DNA of 64,000 nucleotides from Bacteroidota bacterium (GCA_037131955.1 JBAXQC010000003.1:9928-73927), one strand, 5' to 3'. Shown: positions 17,670 to 27,676, counted from the stretch's first letter. Notes: generated by a model from the letters alone, not told the origin. Program-made: numbers and translations.

Positions 17670-18157
17670 AAAATAAAAACAACAGAATAAACTAAAATAG
17701 TGAAAGTATAAGTATGATTAAAATCTAGATATTCAGGTGCTTTATAAGCCAATAATGTTAATGCAATGACTCTGATTATATTGAGCAAATGAATAATTAA
17801 GATGCCCAACGGAATAAACCATAATTTACTTTTTATACTGCCGGGAAATGCAATTACAAATCCTGTAAACAATGCAAATAGTTCTAAACCATTGCAAGGA
17901 TAACCAATTAGTACGCCATGAGAACCATCTATACCTACCACACCCATTGAATCAAAATCCGCGGGAACAGTCATTAACACATAACCCATTTTAGTTAAAA
18001 TGTATTTAGTAATATCAGTTAAATTGTTAATTAACAGATAATCGAAATTGCTGTTTGGATGAAGAAAAATGTTGTAGCAAACAAACCAAATAACGTATAA
18101 TGCTGCTGATTTTAACAGAAACATAACAGCTAAATTTGATTTAATTTTTTGAAGCAT
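17624..18157 (-). CDS. xrtF: exosortase family protein XrtF (putative)
   Basis: About 177-aa polytopic protein with exosortase-type catalytic features: GYPCNGLE (Cys) and HLLNIIRVIALTLL (Arg, His). Short Bacteroidota-type length. Confidence 0.6.
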   Translation of the reverse strand: MLQKIKSNLAVMFLLKSAALYVIWFVCYNIFLHPNSNFDYLLINNLTDITKYILTKMGYVLMTVPADFDSMGVVGIDGSHGVLIGYPCNGLELFALFTGFVIAFPGSIKSKLWFIPLGILIIHLLNIIRVIALTLLAYKAPEYLDFNHTYTFTILVYSVVFILWMIWALKISKVQVQ

Positions 18158-18186
18158 AAAAAAAAAGCCTTTTATTCAAAAGGCTT
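18158..18186 (-). terminator. intrinsic terminator after secG
   Basis: Minus-strand RNA: AAGCCUUUU-GAAU-AAAAGGCUU (9-bp stem, 18165-18186) followed by a U-run of 8-9 (18158-18166). Sits 25 nt past the secG stop. Confidence 0.7.
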
Positions 18187-18211
18187 AAAATTAGTGAGTG
18201 TTTTTAAACAA

Positions 18212-18562
18212 TTACTTGGCTGCAGGTTGTGGAGCAGGGGTTTGTTTTTCTGATCCGGCAGGAAAGTTTTTTATTGGTGCTGTTTTTGTATTTTCAATTT
18301 TTTCTCTGAGTTCCGTATCTTTGGAAACGCCAATTGTAGATGATTTGTAAACAAAAGATGCAATCACGCTTAAAACAACTAATGTTATTACTAAACCCCA
18401 TGTAATTTTTTCAATTACCTCAGTGGTTTTTTGAACTCCCATTACTTGATTTGATGCAGAGAAATTAGAAGCAATACCTCCACCTTTGGAATTTTGAACT
18501 AATACTACCAGAATTAAAAAGATAGAAACTAATATGATTAAAATTGTAATAAAACTTGCCAT
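18212..18562 (-). CDS. secG: preprotein translocase subunit SecG
   Basis: N-terminal TM followed by LVVLVQNSKGGG, second TM, Pro/Ala-rich tail. Confidence 0.85.
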   Translation of the reverse strand: MASFITILIILVSIFLILVVLVQNSKGGGIASNFSASNQVMGVQKTTEVIEKITWGLVITLVVLSVIASFVYKSSTIGVSKDTELREKIENTKTAPIKNFPAGSEKQTPAPQPAAK

Positions 18563-18571
18563 GATTGTACT

Positions 18572-19855
18572 TTATTTTTGTTGTTTTTGTTTTGTTTCTT
18601 TAATAAGGGTGGCAAAGTAACGATTTTTTTCTGGGAATTTCAAAGATAATACTTCATAAATTTTAATTGCCTTTAAAAAGTTGCCTTGATTAACGTAAAT
18701 CCTTGCTAATGTTTCGCTTGCAAGATTTAAATCGTCGGTTACACTCTGTTTTGCCATATTAATTGGCGAATAAAAACTTGCTTTGGGTTTAGAAATTTTG
18801 GGTGCACTAGAAATAAAAGCATCAATTATTAAGTCTTCTTTTTTTGAATTAAAATCATCTACTTCATCTATTTCAGTGGAATCTATAATTTTATTTACTG
18901 CAGGTTTTATTTCAATTTCTAAATCTTTTTTTGGTCTTTGTTCAACTTTGGAATCATCAATTACAGGAAACTCTTTTTTTGAAATTTTTAACCATTCAGA
19001 AAAAGTAAGTTCCTTGCTATTTATTTCCAATGAGTTTAATTGAGTATTTCCATTTTCGGGAATTTCGGGAATTTTCTCTGTTTTGTCAACTATTTTTTCA
19101 AGAGAATTTTCTGACATATTTATTATCCCACTTGCTAAAATTTCTTTATCAAGATTATCCAATTGTAAAATATTTTCAGATTCTTTTTCCAACATTGGAA
19201 TTAATGAATCCGCTCTATCATTTAAATTTCCTACAATAACTTCCTTGTCAATTTCTGCAATTTTTATTGTTGAAGCTTTGTCTATTTCTTCATCAATATT
19301 AATTTCTTCATTTTTAGTTTCGGATGTAGATTGGTTTTTATCTGATAGGAATTCTTTTTTTACATTATTTTCAATTGAATTAATCTGCTCAATAGAATTG
19401 GCATTGCTATTTGATTCAAATTTTAACTCTACTAAAGTGTTTGAAACTTCGGGTTCAATTATTGTATTTTTAATTTCTGTCTCTTTTTTTTGTTCAGTTT
19501 CTTCTGTAAAAACAACATTTGAATTTATGGAATGGTTATTAATTTCCTCATTTGAAGCATTGGGAAATACTTCATTACTTATTTGAATATTTTTCTCTGT
19601 TGCAGGCTGAGCTTTTAATGCAATTTGTTCTTGATTAAGAAAAAAGTAAAGTGATTTTCTGTTTATAGAATATATTGCAGAAGTTTTGAGTTGAGAATTA
19701 AATTGAGCATCGCCTGATACTTTTAATGCTTTGGCCAAAACAATTTGAGCGCTAGAAAAATAGGGATACTGTTTTGTAATTTTAAAAAGTGTATCTGCTG
19801 TTGACGCATTGTTTAGAGGTTCGCTTCCTAAAAATATTTTTTCCCAATTAATCAT
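18572..19855 (-). CDS. hypothetical protein with acidic low-complexity centre and TPR-like C-terminal end
   Basis: E/K/N/I/S-rich middle. C-terminal ETLARIYVNQGNFLKAIKIYEVLSLKFPEK looks like a single TPR. Family not recognised. Confidence 0.5.
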   Translation of the reverse strand: MINWEKIFLGSEPLNNASTADTLFKITKQYPYFSSAQIVLAKALKVSGDAQFNSQLKTSAIYSINRKSLYFFLNQEQIALKAQPATEKNIQISNEVFPNASNEEINNHSINSNVVFTEETEQKKETEIKNTIIEPEVSNTLVELKFESNSNANSIEQINSIENNVKKEFLSDKNQSTSETKNEEINIDEEIDKASTIKIAEIDKEVIVGNLNDRADSLIPMLEKESENILQLDNLDKEILASGIINMSENSLEKIVDKTEKIPEIPENGNTQLNSLEINSKELTFSEWLKISKKEFPVIDDSKVEQRPKKDLEIEIKPAVNKIIDSTEIDEVDDFNSKKEDLIIDAFISSAPKISKPKASFYSPINMAKQSVTDDLNLASETLARIYVNQGNFLKAIKIYEVLSLKFPEKNRYFATLIKETKQKQQK

Positions 19856-19868
19856 ATCGTTTAATTTA

Positions 19869-20390
19869 CTACCAATTTGAAAAACACCTGTTGAAGATAT
19901 CTTGAGTTAATTTTTCTTCAATAATTTTAATTAATCTACTTTCCTCGTCTGTTAAATTACTGGATGAATTGAAGTCTGCAAATTGAACAAAGTTTTGATC
20001 GAAATTTTGTTTTTCATCTTTGGAGTTTGTGAATTTAACTTGCACCGTAATAGTTAATCTTGTTAGTGCTGCAGAGTTTTGACCATTTGAACCTGTTGCT
20101 TGTATTGCCAATGGATTAGTGTTATAACCTACTATTTTACCCTCCAAGGATAAATCACCGCCTCTAGTAACCATTTTTAAACTGGATTGTGATGAAATGA
20201 TGTTTCTTAAAGCTTCGGTTAAACTTAAACTTAAAGTTGGAGGAGATAGTGATGCAAAATTCTGAAAACTGGCGATAGAGATTGTTTTTAAATTTGAGTC
20301 TACAGAAGCTCCTGAAAAGGAATAGTTTACTTTACAGGACTGAAGTGAAATGAAAGTACAAAGAATAAAAAATTTAAAAAAATACGTCAT
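19869..20390 (-). CDS. LptE-like outer-membrane lipoprotein (LPS assembly)
   Basis: Lipobox FISLQSCK, size about 170 aa, position next to the sigma-54 activator as in many Bacteroidota. Assignment from memory of synteny, not motif-proven. Confidence 0.5.
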   Translation of the reverse strand: MTYFFKFFILCTFISLQSCKVNYSFSGASVDSNLKTISIASFQNFASLSPPTLSLSLTEALRNIISSQSSLKMVTRGGDLSLEGKIVGYNTNPLAIQATGSNGQNSAALTRLTITVQVKFTNSKDEKQNFDQNFVQFADFNSSSNLTDEESRLIKIIEEKLTQDIFNRCFSNW

Positions 20391-21616
20391 GCTTTTATGT
20401 TGTACTCATTTATTTTTCTGTATAGTGTTCTCTCCGAAATACCTAATTCTTTTGCTGCATTTTTTCTTTTACCTCGGTGTTTTTCAAGTGCCTTTTTAAT
20501 TAAACTCTTCTCTCGTTCTTCCAATGACAATGATTCCTCAACTTCAATTGGTCTTTCATTAATAGAAACTGAACTTTGGCTAAATTTTAACGGTTGACTT
20601 ACCTTAACCCCATTTTCAAGTTCAACATCATTTAATTCTTCAAAAAGTCTGTTTAAAACAGGAATGTTTTCGCTTGTATTTAATGCTGTTCCTTTGATTA
20701 TGTCAACAACTAATTTTTTTACATCTGTCAAATCCTTTTTCATTTCAAAAAGAATTTTATATAGAAGTTCTCTCTCTGGAAATTCTTTGTCGTTTTCGGA
20801 GGTTTTTACCAATGCAGTAATTCCGGCATTTTGATTGTATGTAGGAAGATAGTTTATTAAAATATCACTTGTTATTTCTCTACTGGTTTCAATCACAGAA
20901 ATTTGCTCAGCAATGTTTTTAAGTTGCCTAATATTGCCGGGGAAATAATAATTCATTAGAATATTTTGAGCTTCGTCGTCTAATTTTATTGCAGGCATTC
21001 TGTATTTTGTAGCACAATCTGAGGCAAATTTTCTAAACAATAATACAATGTCTTCTTTCCTTTGTCTTAGCGATGGAATTCTAATAGGAACAGTATTTAA
21101 TCTGTAAAATAAATCTTCTCTAAATTTACCGCGTTGTATAGCTTCAGGAATATTAACGTTGGTTGCTGCAATTATTCTTACGTCTGTTTTTAATACTTTA
21201 GAAGAACCTACTTTAATAAATTCTCCTGTTTCTAAAACTCTAAGTAGTCTTGCCTGAGTTGGTAATGGAAGTTCTGCAATTTCATCTAAAAAAATTGTTC
21301 CTCCGTTCACCACTTCAAAATAACCTTTTCTAGAATCTATTGCTCCCGTAAATGAACCTTTTTCGTGGCCAAATAATTCGCTATCTATAGTGCCCTCTGG
21401 AATTGCACCACAGTTAACCGCAATATATTGACCGTGTTTTCTTAAACTTAATTGATGAATGATTTGCGGAAAAACTTCTTTTCCGCTGCCACTTTCTCCT
21501 GTTACTAAAACGCTTAAATCTGTTGGTGCAACTTGCATAGCAATGTTTATAGCTCTTTCTAATTCAAAAGAACTTCCAATAATGCCAAACCTTTGTTTTA
21601 TTTCCTGAATACTCAT
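20387..21616 (-). CDS. sigma-54-dependent transcriptional activator (AAA+ domain plus C-terminal Fis-type HTH, no N-terminal sensor domain)
   Basis: Walker A GESGSGKE, GAFTGA-loop variant EKGSFTGA, Walker B IFLDEI, FREDLFYRLN, C-terminal AAKELGISERTLYRKI. Confidence 0.85.
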   Translation of the reverse strand: MSIQEIKQRFGIIGSSFELERAINIAMQVAPTDLSVLVTGESGSGKEVFPQIIHQLSLRKHGQYIAVNCGAIPEGTIDSELFGHEKGSFTGAIDSRKGYFEVVNGGTIFLDEIAELPLPTQARLLRVLETGEFIKVGSSKVLKTDVRIIAATNVNIPEAIQRGKFREDLFYRLNTVPIRIPSLRQRKEDIVLLFRKFASDCATKYRMPAIKLDDEAQNILMNYYFPGNIRQLKNIAEQISVIETSREITSDILINYLPTYNQNAGITALVKTSENDKEFPERELLYKILFEMKKDLTDVKKLVVDIIKGTALNTSENIPVLNRLFEELNDVELENGVKVSQPLKFSQSSVSINERPIEVEESLSLEEREKSLIKKALEKHRGKRKNAAKELGISERTLYRKINEYNIKA

Positions 21617-21633
21617 TAGGAGTAGGATAAGTT

Positions 21634-24471
21634 TTAGTTAGTTTTTTTTCCGTCTGTGTCTAGTTCAATAATTTCGTAACCAAGTTTACTTAATGGTTCT
21701 AATACCTTTGATTTATCTCCAACTATTGTCACAATCATTTTATCGTAAGGAAGTTTTTCGGCAGCTAATTTATTTATTTCTGCCCTAGAAATTTCTTTCA
21801 AAACTTTTGCTTGTTCAACAGAAAATTCTCTGTTTAAATTATAGTCAGAAATTCTTTTTAAGAATCCTGCTTTCTGGAATGGACTTTCATACTTTAGTGC
21901 TTCTGATTGTGTGAGTGAACTTTTTGTAAAGTTCAATTCTTCCTCTTCAATGCCATATTCTTTGTACTTTTTTATCTCTTTAAAAAATTCAACTACTGAG
22001 CTATCAGTGGCATCTCCTCTTACGCCTGCACTTGCCGTAAATGGACCTTTGTATTGACTACCCTGAAAACCAGATCTGGCACCGTATGTGTATCCTTTGT
22101 CTTCTCTTAAATTTAAATTAATTCTGCTGTTAAACGCTCCACCTAAAATATAATTCATTACTGTACTCTTATAATATTCTCCTGTTGCATCAAATGGCAA
22201 AGCCAAATAGCCAATTCTAATTTCAGATTGAGCTGCTTTGTCTTTATTAACTAAATAAATTTTTGTTTTTTCAATTGGAGTATTTATTTGTTCTTCAGGC
22301 ATTTTTACATTTTTATTTTTCCAGTTGTTTAAAAATGAGAACTTGTTTAAACATGGAGTTTTTTCTAAATTGCTCACAACAATCAAGGTAGATAAATTTG
22401 ACGACCAAAAGTTTTCGTAATATTTTTTTAATTCATCAAGCGTAATGCTTTCAACCGTTGTTTTGTTTCCATTGTTTGGCATTCCCATTACATTGTTTTC
22501 TCCATATAAAAGTTTGTTGTATACATTAGTGGCAATCACATTTGGCTGAGTAGATTGATTAAGAATGCTTTGTACTTGCTCATTTTTTACTCGTTCAAAA
22601 TCTTTTTCATCAAACTTTGGTTTAAACATTTTCTCTTCTAAAATCTTTATAGTTTCCTCTAAGTTTTTTGTCAATGAAAAAACGTTTATTGTTAGCTCTT
22701 GTGAGCCTGAGTAAATACTAATTTCACTTCCCAATTTATCCAATTTAGTATTTATTTCTTCCGAAGAAAATGAGGTAGTAGACTCATCTAACATAGAAGC
22801 TAAAAGTACAGCCATCCCTGACCTTTCTTTAGGTTCAAATCTATGTCCACAATTAATTGAAAATTGCAAGGTAGTGGTTGGCAATTCTGTATTTACAGTT
22901 CCAAGTATTTTTAATCCATTTGCTAAATTTTCTTTCCAAATTTCTGGTATTTTAAACACAGGAGCTTCTTTAACTTCTGGTTTTTTGCTTCTATCGAAGT
23001 TGTCTTTTGGCTTGTTGTAACTCAAATTTTGGTATTCTTTATGATCTGCATCATCAGGATTTGTGGCTTTAGGTATAAAATTATCTTCTGCAACTATTAA
23101 ATCTTTTTTTCCTTTAGGATAAACACTTAATATAACTGCAAATTTTCCTTTTATATACTGGTTATAAACTCTTAGCACATCTTCTTTGGTTATTTTCTTG
23201 TAGCTATCTAGTTCCTTAGAGATATAGTCAGGGGTACCTGTGTAAGTATTATAGGCTGCAAGCATAGATGCTTTGCCGGCAACCGTATTTAAAGTACTTA
23301 TATATTGTGTTTCTGTCTTTGCAATAAAATTTTTCACATCTTCGTCTGTAACTCCTCTTTTCTCAAATTCTAATAATGATTGGTTTATGAGTTCGTACAT
23401 TTCGGAGAGTTTTGTGTTAGGATTTGCTTTAATTGAAGCAATAATCATTCCTCCTAACTCCATAGAATAATTATAAAAATCTGCAGAAATTGCTTTCTGT
23501 GATTTTATAAAATTTTGATAAAAAATAGAGTTTTTACTTCCTGATAATATATCGGATAATGCATCTAAAGCAGGTTCGTCAGCCGACCTGGCATAAGTTC
23601 CCGGAAATGTTACCTGAACAAGTGGAAACTTAATATTGTCTTCGTAAGAAATGTAGCGGTTTTTATCAAGCGCTATTGTTTCTTTTTTCTGTCCGTTAAC
23701 ATCAGGACCTTTAGGAATTGAGCCAAAATATTTGTTTGCTAATTCTAAAACTTTTGTTGGTTCCACATCACCTGCAACTGTAAGTGTTGCATTATTGGGT
23801 CCGTACCATCTCATAAAGAATTTTTTTAAGTCGTTTACATCCACTCTATTTAGATCTTCTAGATCTCCAATTGTGGTGCATGAATAAGGATGACCGTATG
23901 GAAATAATGCCCTGGAAGTTTTTTCATAAACTAATCCGTAAGGAGCATTATCATAACGTTGGCCTCTTTCGTTTTTTACTGTTGCTCTTTGAACTTCAAA
24001 TTTCTTTTGGGTTACTGCATCTAACAAAAATCCCATTCTATCGCTTTCTAGCCACATAGCTACTTCCAATTGGTTGTTGGGAAGTGTCTCAAAATAATTT
24101 GTTCTGTCAGTATTTGTAGTACCATTCATCGTACCACCAGCTTCCGTTACTATTTTAAAATGTTGTTCATCTCCAACATTATCTGAGCCTTGAAACATCA
24201 TGTGTTCAAAAAAGTGTGCAAATCCACTTCTTCCAATTTCTTCTCGTGCAGAACCAACATGGTAAGTAACATCAACATGGCAAATAGGATCGGAATGATC
24301 TTCGTGAATAACTACTTGCAATCCATTTGGTAAGATGTGTTTTTCGAATGGGATATTAATTCCATCAGGTTTTTTTTGAACCTTTTCAATCAATTTAGCT
24401 TGTGCAAATATGTTGCTAGAAAAAATTAGAAAGGAGCAAAATACTATTTCAGTTTTAAACTTAAATTTCAT
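21634..24471 (-). CDS. M16-family (pitrilysin/insulinase-like) zinc peptidase, double-length secreted form
   Basis: Inverted zinc motif HFFEHMMFQGS (HxxEH). Two M16 active/inactive domain pairs (about 950 aa). Track start 24492 is TTG; ATG at 24471 gives the signal peptide MKFKFKTEIVFCSFLIFSSNIFAQ. Confidence 0.85.
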   Translation of the reverse strand: MKFKFKTEIVFCSFLIFSSNIFAQAKLIEKVQKKPDGINIPFEKHILPNGLQVVIHEDHSDPICHVDVTYHVGSAREEIGRSGFAHFFEHMMFQGSDNVGDEQHFKIVTEAGGTMNGTTNTDRTNYFETLPNNQLEVAMWLESDRMGFLLDAVTQKKFEVQRATVKNERGQRYDNAPYGLVYEKTSRALFPYGHPYSCTTIGDLEDLNRVDVNDLKKFFMRWYGPNNATLTVAGDVEPTKVLELANKYFGSIPKGPDVNGQKKETIALDKNRYISYEDNIKFPLVQVTFPGTYARSADEPALDALSDILSGSKNSIFYQNFIKSQKAISADFYNYSMELGGMIIASIKANPNTKLSEMYELINQSLLEFEKRGVTDEDVKNFIAKTETQYISTLNTVAGKASMLAAYNTYTGTPDYISKELDSYKKITKEDVLRVYNQYIKGKFAVILSVYPKGKKDLIVAEDNFIPKATNPDDADHKEYQNLSYNKPKDNFDRSKKPEVKEAPVFKIPEIWKENLANGLKILGTVNTELPTTTLQFSINCGHRFEPKERSGMAVLLASMLDESTTSFSSEEINTKLDKLGSEISIYSGSQELTINVFSLTKNLEETIKILEEKMFKPKFDEKDFERVKNEQVQSILNQSTQPNVIATNVYNKLLYGENNVMGMPNNGNKTTVESITLDELKKYYENFWSSNLSTLIVVSNLEKTPCLNKFSFLNNWKNKNVKMPEEQINTPIEKTKIYLVNKDKAAQSEIRIGYLALPFDATGEYYKSTVMNYILGGAFNSRINLNLREDKGYTYGARSGFQGSQYKGPFTASAGVRGDATDSSVVEFFKEIKKYKEYGIEEEELNFTKSSLTQSEALKYESPFQKAGFLKRISDYNLNREFSVEQAKVLKEISRAEINKLAAEKLPYDKMIVTIVGDKSKVLEPLSKLGYEIIELDTDGKKTN

Positions 24472-24575
24472 AATGTTTAGATTTGTGGACAAATAAACAA
24501 ATTATTGTGAATAAAAATAGCAGGGATTTGTTACAAATTTTAAAAATTGCTCATGCAATTGAATTTTGTATTTCA

Positions 24576-24583
24576 TAGATTTG
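24576..24583 (+). promoter_or_regulatory. candidate -7 promoter box (TAGATTTG)
   Basis: Matches TAnnTTTG, 10 nt upstream of ATG 24594. Confidence 0.3.
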
Positions 24584-24593
24584 CCAAAAACAA

Positions 24594-24983
24594 ATGAAAA
24601 ACAAAACTCTTCTACCGTCTCTCATTCTTGGCATTTTTTTAGTTGCAAACGCTTTGCAAGCACAAGAAAAAAAAGAACCTACAACTCAAACTGAGCAAAC
24701 ATTTGTTGCTGGCAAATATACAGTTAAGTATTTTTTAGACGGCAGGAAAGTTACTAAAGTGCCAAAGATTGATATTTTAACAGCAGACAAAGGAAGTGTT
24801 GTTATTGAATTTCAAATAGACAAATATGGCAATGTAACTTCTGCAGCTGCAGTTAATGAAACAGGGTGCACAACAAATACCTATCTGTTAACCAAGGCAA
24901 AACAAGCTGCCGAAACAACACATTTTGATACTGCTCCAACCTCTCCCTTGAAGCAAAAAGGCAAAATGGTGTTTGAATTTTAG
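24594..24983 (+). CDS. hypothetical secreted protein (129 aa)
   Basis: Signal peptide MKNKTLLPSLILGIFLVANALQAQ. The C-terminal region has a loose TonB-C-like alternating pattern. Not assigned. Confidence 0.5.
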   Translation: MKNKTLLPSLILGIFLVANALQAQEKKEPTTQTEQTFVAGKYTVKYFLDGRKVTKVPKIDILTADKGSVVIEFQIDKYGNVTSAAAVNETGCTTNTYLLTKAKQAAETTHFDTAPTSPLKQKGKMVFEF

Positions 24984-25094
24984 CAATTCTGCCGCTCACC
25001 AATAATCAGTTAATCACAAATTGAAGTAGTAAGGAATTATAAAAAAATAATCAATCTAAATTAAACTACATATAACTCTGTAGTTTTGTTTTTA

Positions 25095-25102
25095 TAAGTT
25101 TG
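25095..25102 (+). promoter_or_regulatory. candidate -7 promoter box (TAAGTTTG); a second match TAGTTTTG lies at 25081-25088
   Basis: Matches TAnnTTTG, 25 nt upstream of ATG 25128. Confidence 0.35.
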
Positions 25103-25127
25103 TACCAATCTTTTTTTTGTTTTAACA

Positions 25128-27083
25128 ATGAAAGTTTTTTGCACACTTGTCTTTTTATGTTCATTTGCATTCTCTGTAATTTCGCAAAATTGCCCTGAAA
25201 TTTCTGATGCAAAAGCAAAGAAATTAGTTGGCAAGGCTTTTGAAAAAAAATATGAATTTGAAGAACGACAAGATTTTTTAAAAAGAGCAATTGAAATTGA
25301 ACCAGATTATTCTGAGGCATATTACGAAATGGGAATGATAAAAGTAACCCTTTCAAAAATTAATGGTGAGGGAATTTCTGCTGCTGAAAAGTATTTTAAG
25401 AAGGCCATAGAGCTTTGTCCGGGAAAGTTTTGTTATGCCTATTTCTATTTGGCTACAATAAATTTAGGCAAAGAAAATTACGGCGATGCAGCAACTTACT
25501 TTGCTGAATTTTTAAAGAGTGAAGACAATTCAAAGAAAACAGAGGACATTGAAAAGGCTGAAAAGAACTTACCAATTTGTATTGGTTTAGATAAATTATA
25601 CAAAAATCCTGTACCATTTGAGCCAACAGTTATAAAAGAAATTTGTTCCTATGAAGACGAGTTTTTGCCCATGATTTCGCCAGATAATGAATTGATCTTT
25701 TTTACTAAAAGGTACAATAAACAAACAAGAGATTTGGTTTACGTAAGGCAAGTGGAAGAACTTACTCAATCTACCAAAGTGGATGGAAAGTTTGCTGCGC
25801 CTAAGGAGTTGTTAAGACCCTTTAATCTTTCTGGAGATGGATATGGTGGTGTAACTTTTTCATTAGACAATACTCAATTGTATATTACGGTATGTAAATT
25901 AAACAAGAGAGGACAAAACAATTGTGATATCTATTATTCTGAGTTTATAAAGGGAAATTGGTCTGAATTAAAATCTGTTGGTGATGGAATAAATACTGCT
26001 GACGGCTGGGAATCGCAGCCCACTTTATCAAGCGATGGAAAAACATTGATATTTGCAAGCGCAAGAGCAGACAGCAAAGGAATGGATTTATACATGTCTA
26101 AAAAAAATGAGGATGGCTCTTGGGGTATGGCAGAAAATTTAGGTTCTCCAATAAATACAGAGGGGAACGACAAGTCACCTTTCTTGCATTCCGACAGTAA
26201 AACTTTGTACTTTTCTAGCGATGGACATGTTGGATTAGGTGGCTATGATATTTTTTATTCCAAATCAGGCGACAGTGATAAATTCCTTAAACCAACAAAC
26301 ATCGGATATCCAATAAACTCAAACAAAGACGATGTTGGATTTTTTGTAAGCACAGACGGTAAATTTGGATATTTTTCGAGTAATCAATTAAAGGAAAAAG
26401 GTTTGGGTGGATACGATATTTTTAGTTTTGAACTTTATAAAGAAGCAAGACCGGACAAAATTATTTTTTTGAAAGGAACACTTACAAATGAAGACAAAAC
26501 AAAACCATTAAATGCCGTTATTGAAATAAAAAGTGTGGATTCAAAAAAAGTAACAAAAATAAACGTAGATACTGCATCGGGCAATTTTATTGGAGTTCAT
26601 ACCATCAAGGAAAATGAGGATGTAGTAGTAACTGTTAAGCAAGAGGGTAAAGCATTTACCTCGCAGTACATATCGTACAAAGAAGAAACTGCTGGCAAAC
26701 CTTTGAAGATGGATATGGAATCGAAGAAAATAGAAGCGAACAAAGCTTTTACAATAAATAATATTCAATACAAATCAAACTCTGCCGAGCTCACAAACGG
26801 CAGCAAAGCAATTTTAGAAGAGTTTGTAAGTTTCTTAAAAGACAATGCCTCAATAAACATTGAAATTAGAGGACACACCGACAATATTGGAAATCCAATA
26901 GCCAACATGGCCTTGTCTACAGATAGGGCATTTACTGTGTTTGATTTTTTAAGTAAATCAAACATCGAAAAAGGGAGAATTAGTTTTAAAGGGTATGGCG
27001 ATACAAAGCCAATAAAAGAAAACACAACAGAACAAGGCAGAATGGCAAATAGAAGAACAGAATTTTTTATTACTAAAAATTAG
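25128..27083 (+). CDS. TPR / PD40 repeat / OmpA-domain protein (paralog of 8381-10399)
   Basis: Signal peptide, N-terminal TPR, LYFSSDGHVGLGGYDIFYS-type PD40 repeats, C-terminal OmpA motifs GHTDNIGN...LS.DRA, NRRTEFFI. Confidence 0.8.
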   Translation: MKVFCTLVFLCSFAFSVISQNCPEISDAKAKKLVGKAFEKKYEFEERQDFLKRAIEIEPDYSEAYYEMGMIKVTLSKINGEGISAAEKYFKKAIELCPGKFCYAYFYLATINLGKENYGDAATYFAEFLKSEDNSKKTEDIEKAEKNLPICIGLDKLYKNPVPFEPTVIKEICSYEDEFLPMISPDNELIFFTKRYNKQTRDLVYVRQVEELTQSTKVDGKFAAPKELLRPFNLSGDGYGGVTFSLDNTQLYITVCKLNKRGQNNCDIYYSEFIKGNWSELKSVGDGINTADGWESQPTLSSDGKTLIFASARADSKGMDLYMSKKNEDGSWGMAENLGSPINTEGNDKSPFLHSDSKTLYFSSDGHVGLGGYDIFYSKSGDSDKFLKPTNIGYPINSNKDDVGFFVSTDGKFGYFSSNQLKEKGLGGYDIFSFELYKEARPDKIIFLKGTLTNEDKTKPLNAVIEIKSVDSKKVTKINVDTASGNFIGVHTIKENEDVVVTVKQEGKAFTSQYISYKEETAGKPLKMDMESKKIEANKAFTINNIQYKSNSAELTNGSKAILEEFVSFLKDNASINIEIRGHTDNIGNPIANMALSTDRAFTVFDFLSKSNIEKGRISFKGYGDTKPIKENTTEQGRMANRRTEFFITKN

Positions 27084-27088
27084 ATTCT

Positions 27089-27676
27089 ATGAAAGAGTTG
27101 ATAGTTGCTACCTCAAACAAAGGAAAAATAAATGAATTTGATTTATTATTTAAAGAGTTATCTCTACCAATAAAATTGATTTCGTTCCAAGATTTAAACT
27201 TTTTTGAGGACGTTCCAGAAACAGGAAATTCATTTGAAGAAAATGCATTTCAAAAGGCAGAATTTGTGCTTAAAAAATTTAATATTCCAGTTGTTTCTGA
27301 TGACTCAGGATTAGAAATTAAAGTTTTAAATAATCAACCTGGTGTTCGCTCTGCAAGATATGCAGGTGAAGAAAAAGATGATGCAAAAAACAGAAAATTG
27401 GTACTAGAAAATTTAAAAGACATCAAAGAAAGAGAGGCTAGATTTGTTTGTTGCTTGTGCTACCATGATGGAAGTAAAAAAGTATTTTTTGAGGGCTTTT
27501 TAGAGGGTAAAATTAATACGGCTGAAGTAGGAGAAAATGGCTTTGGCTACGATTCTATTTTTATTCCGCAAGGATATTCTAAAACAATGGCCGAACTTAG
27601 TATAGAAGAAAAAAACAATCTAAGTCACCGGGCAATTGCAATGAAATTGTTTGGTGAGTTTTTACGAAAATCATAA
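27089..27676 (+). CDS. rdgB: non-canonical purine NTP pyrophosphatase (RdgB/HAM1 family)
   Basis: VATSNKGKINEF, PETGNSFEENA, SDDSGLE, GFGYDSIF, SHR. Confidence 0.9.
   Translation: MKELIVATSNKGKINEFDLLFKELSLPIKLISFQDLNFFEDVPETGNSFEENAFQKAEFVLKKFNIPVVSDDSGLEIKVLNNQPGVRSARYAGEEKDDAKNRKLVLENLKDIKEREARFVCCLCYHDGSKKVFFEGFLEGKINTAEVGENGFGYDSIFIPQGYSKTMAELSIEEKNNLSHRAIAMKLFGEFLRKS

Noticed and set aside
25066-25356. 96-aa minus-strand ORF overlapping the start of the second TPR-PD40-OmpA gene
   Set aside because: It is antisense to a well-supported gene and its promoter, with low-complexity translation.
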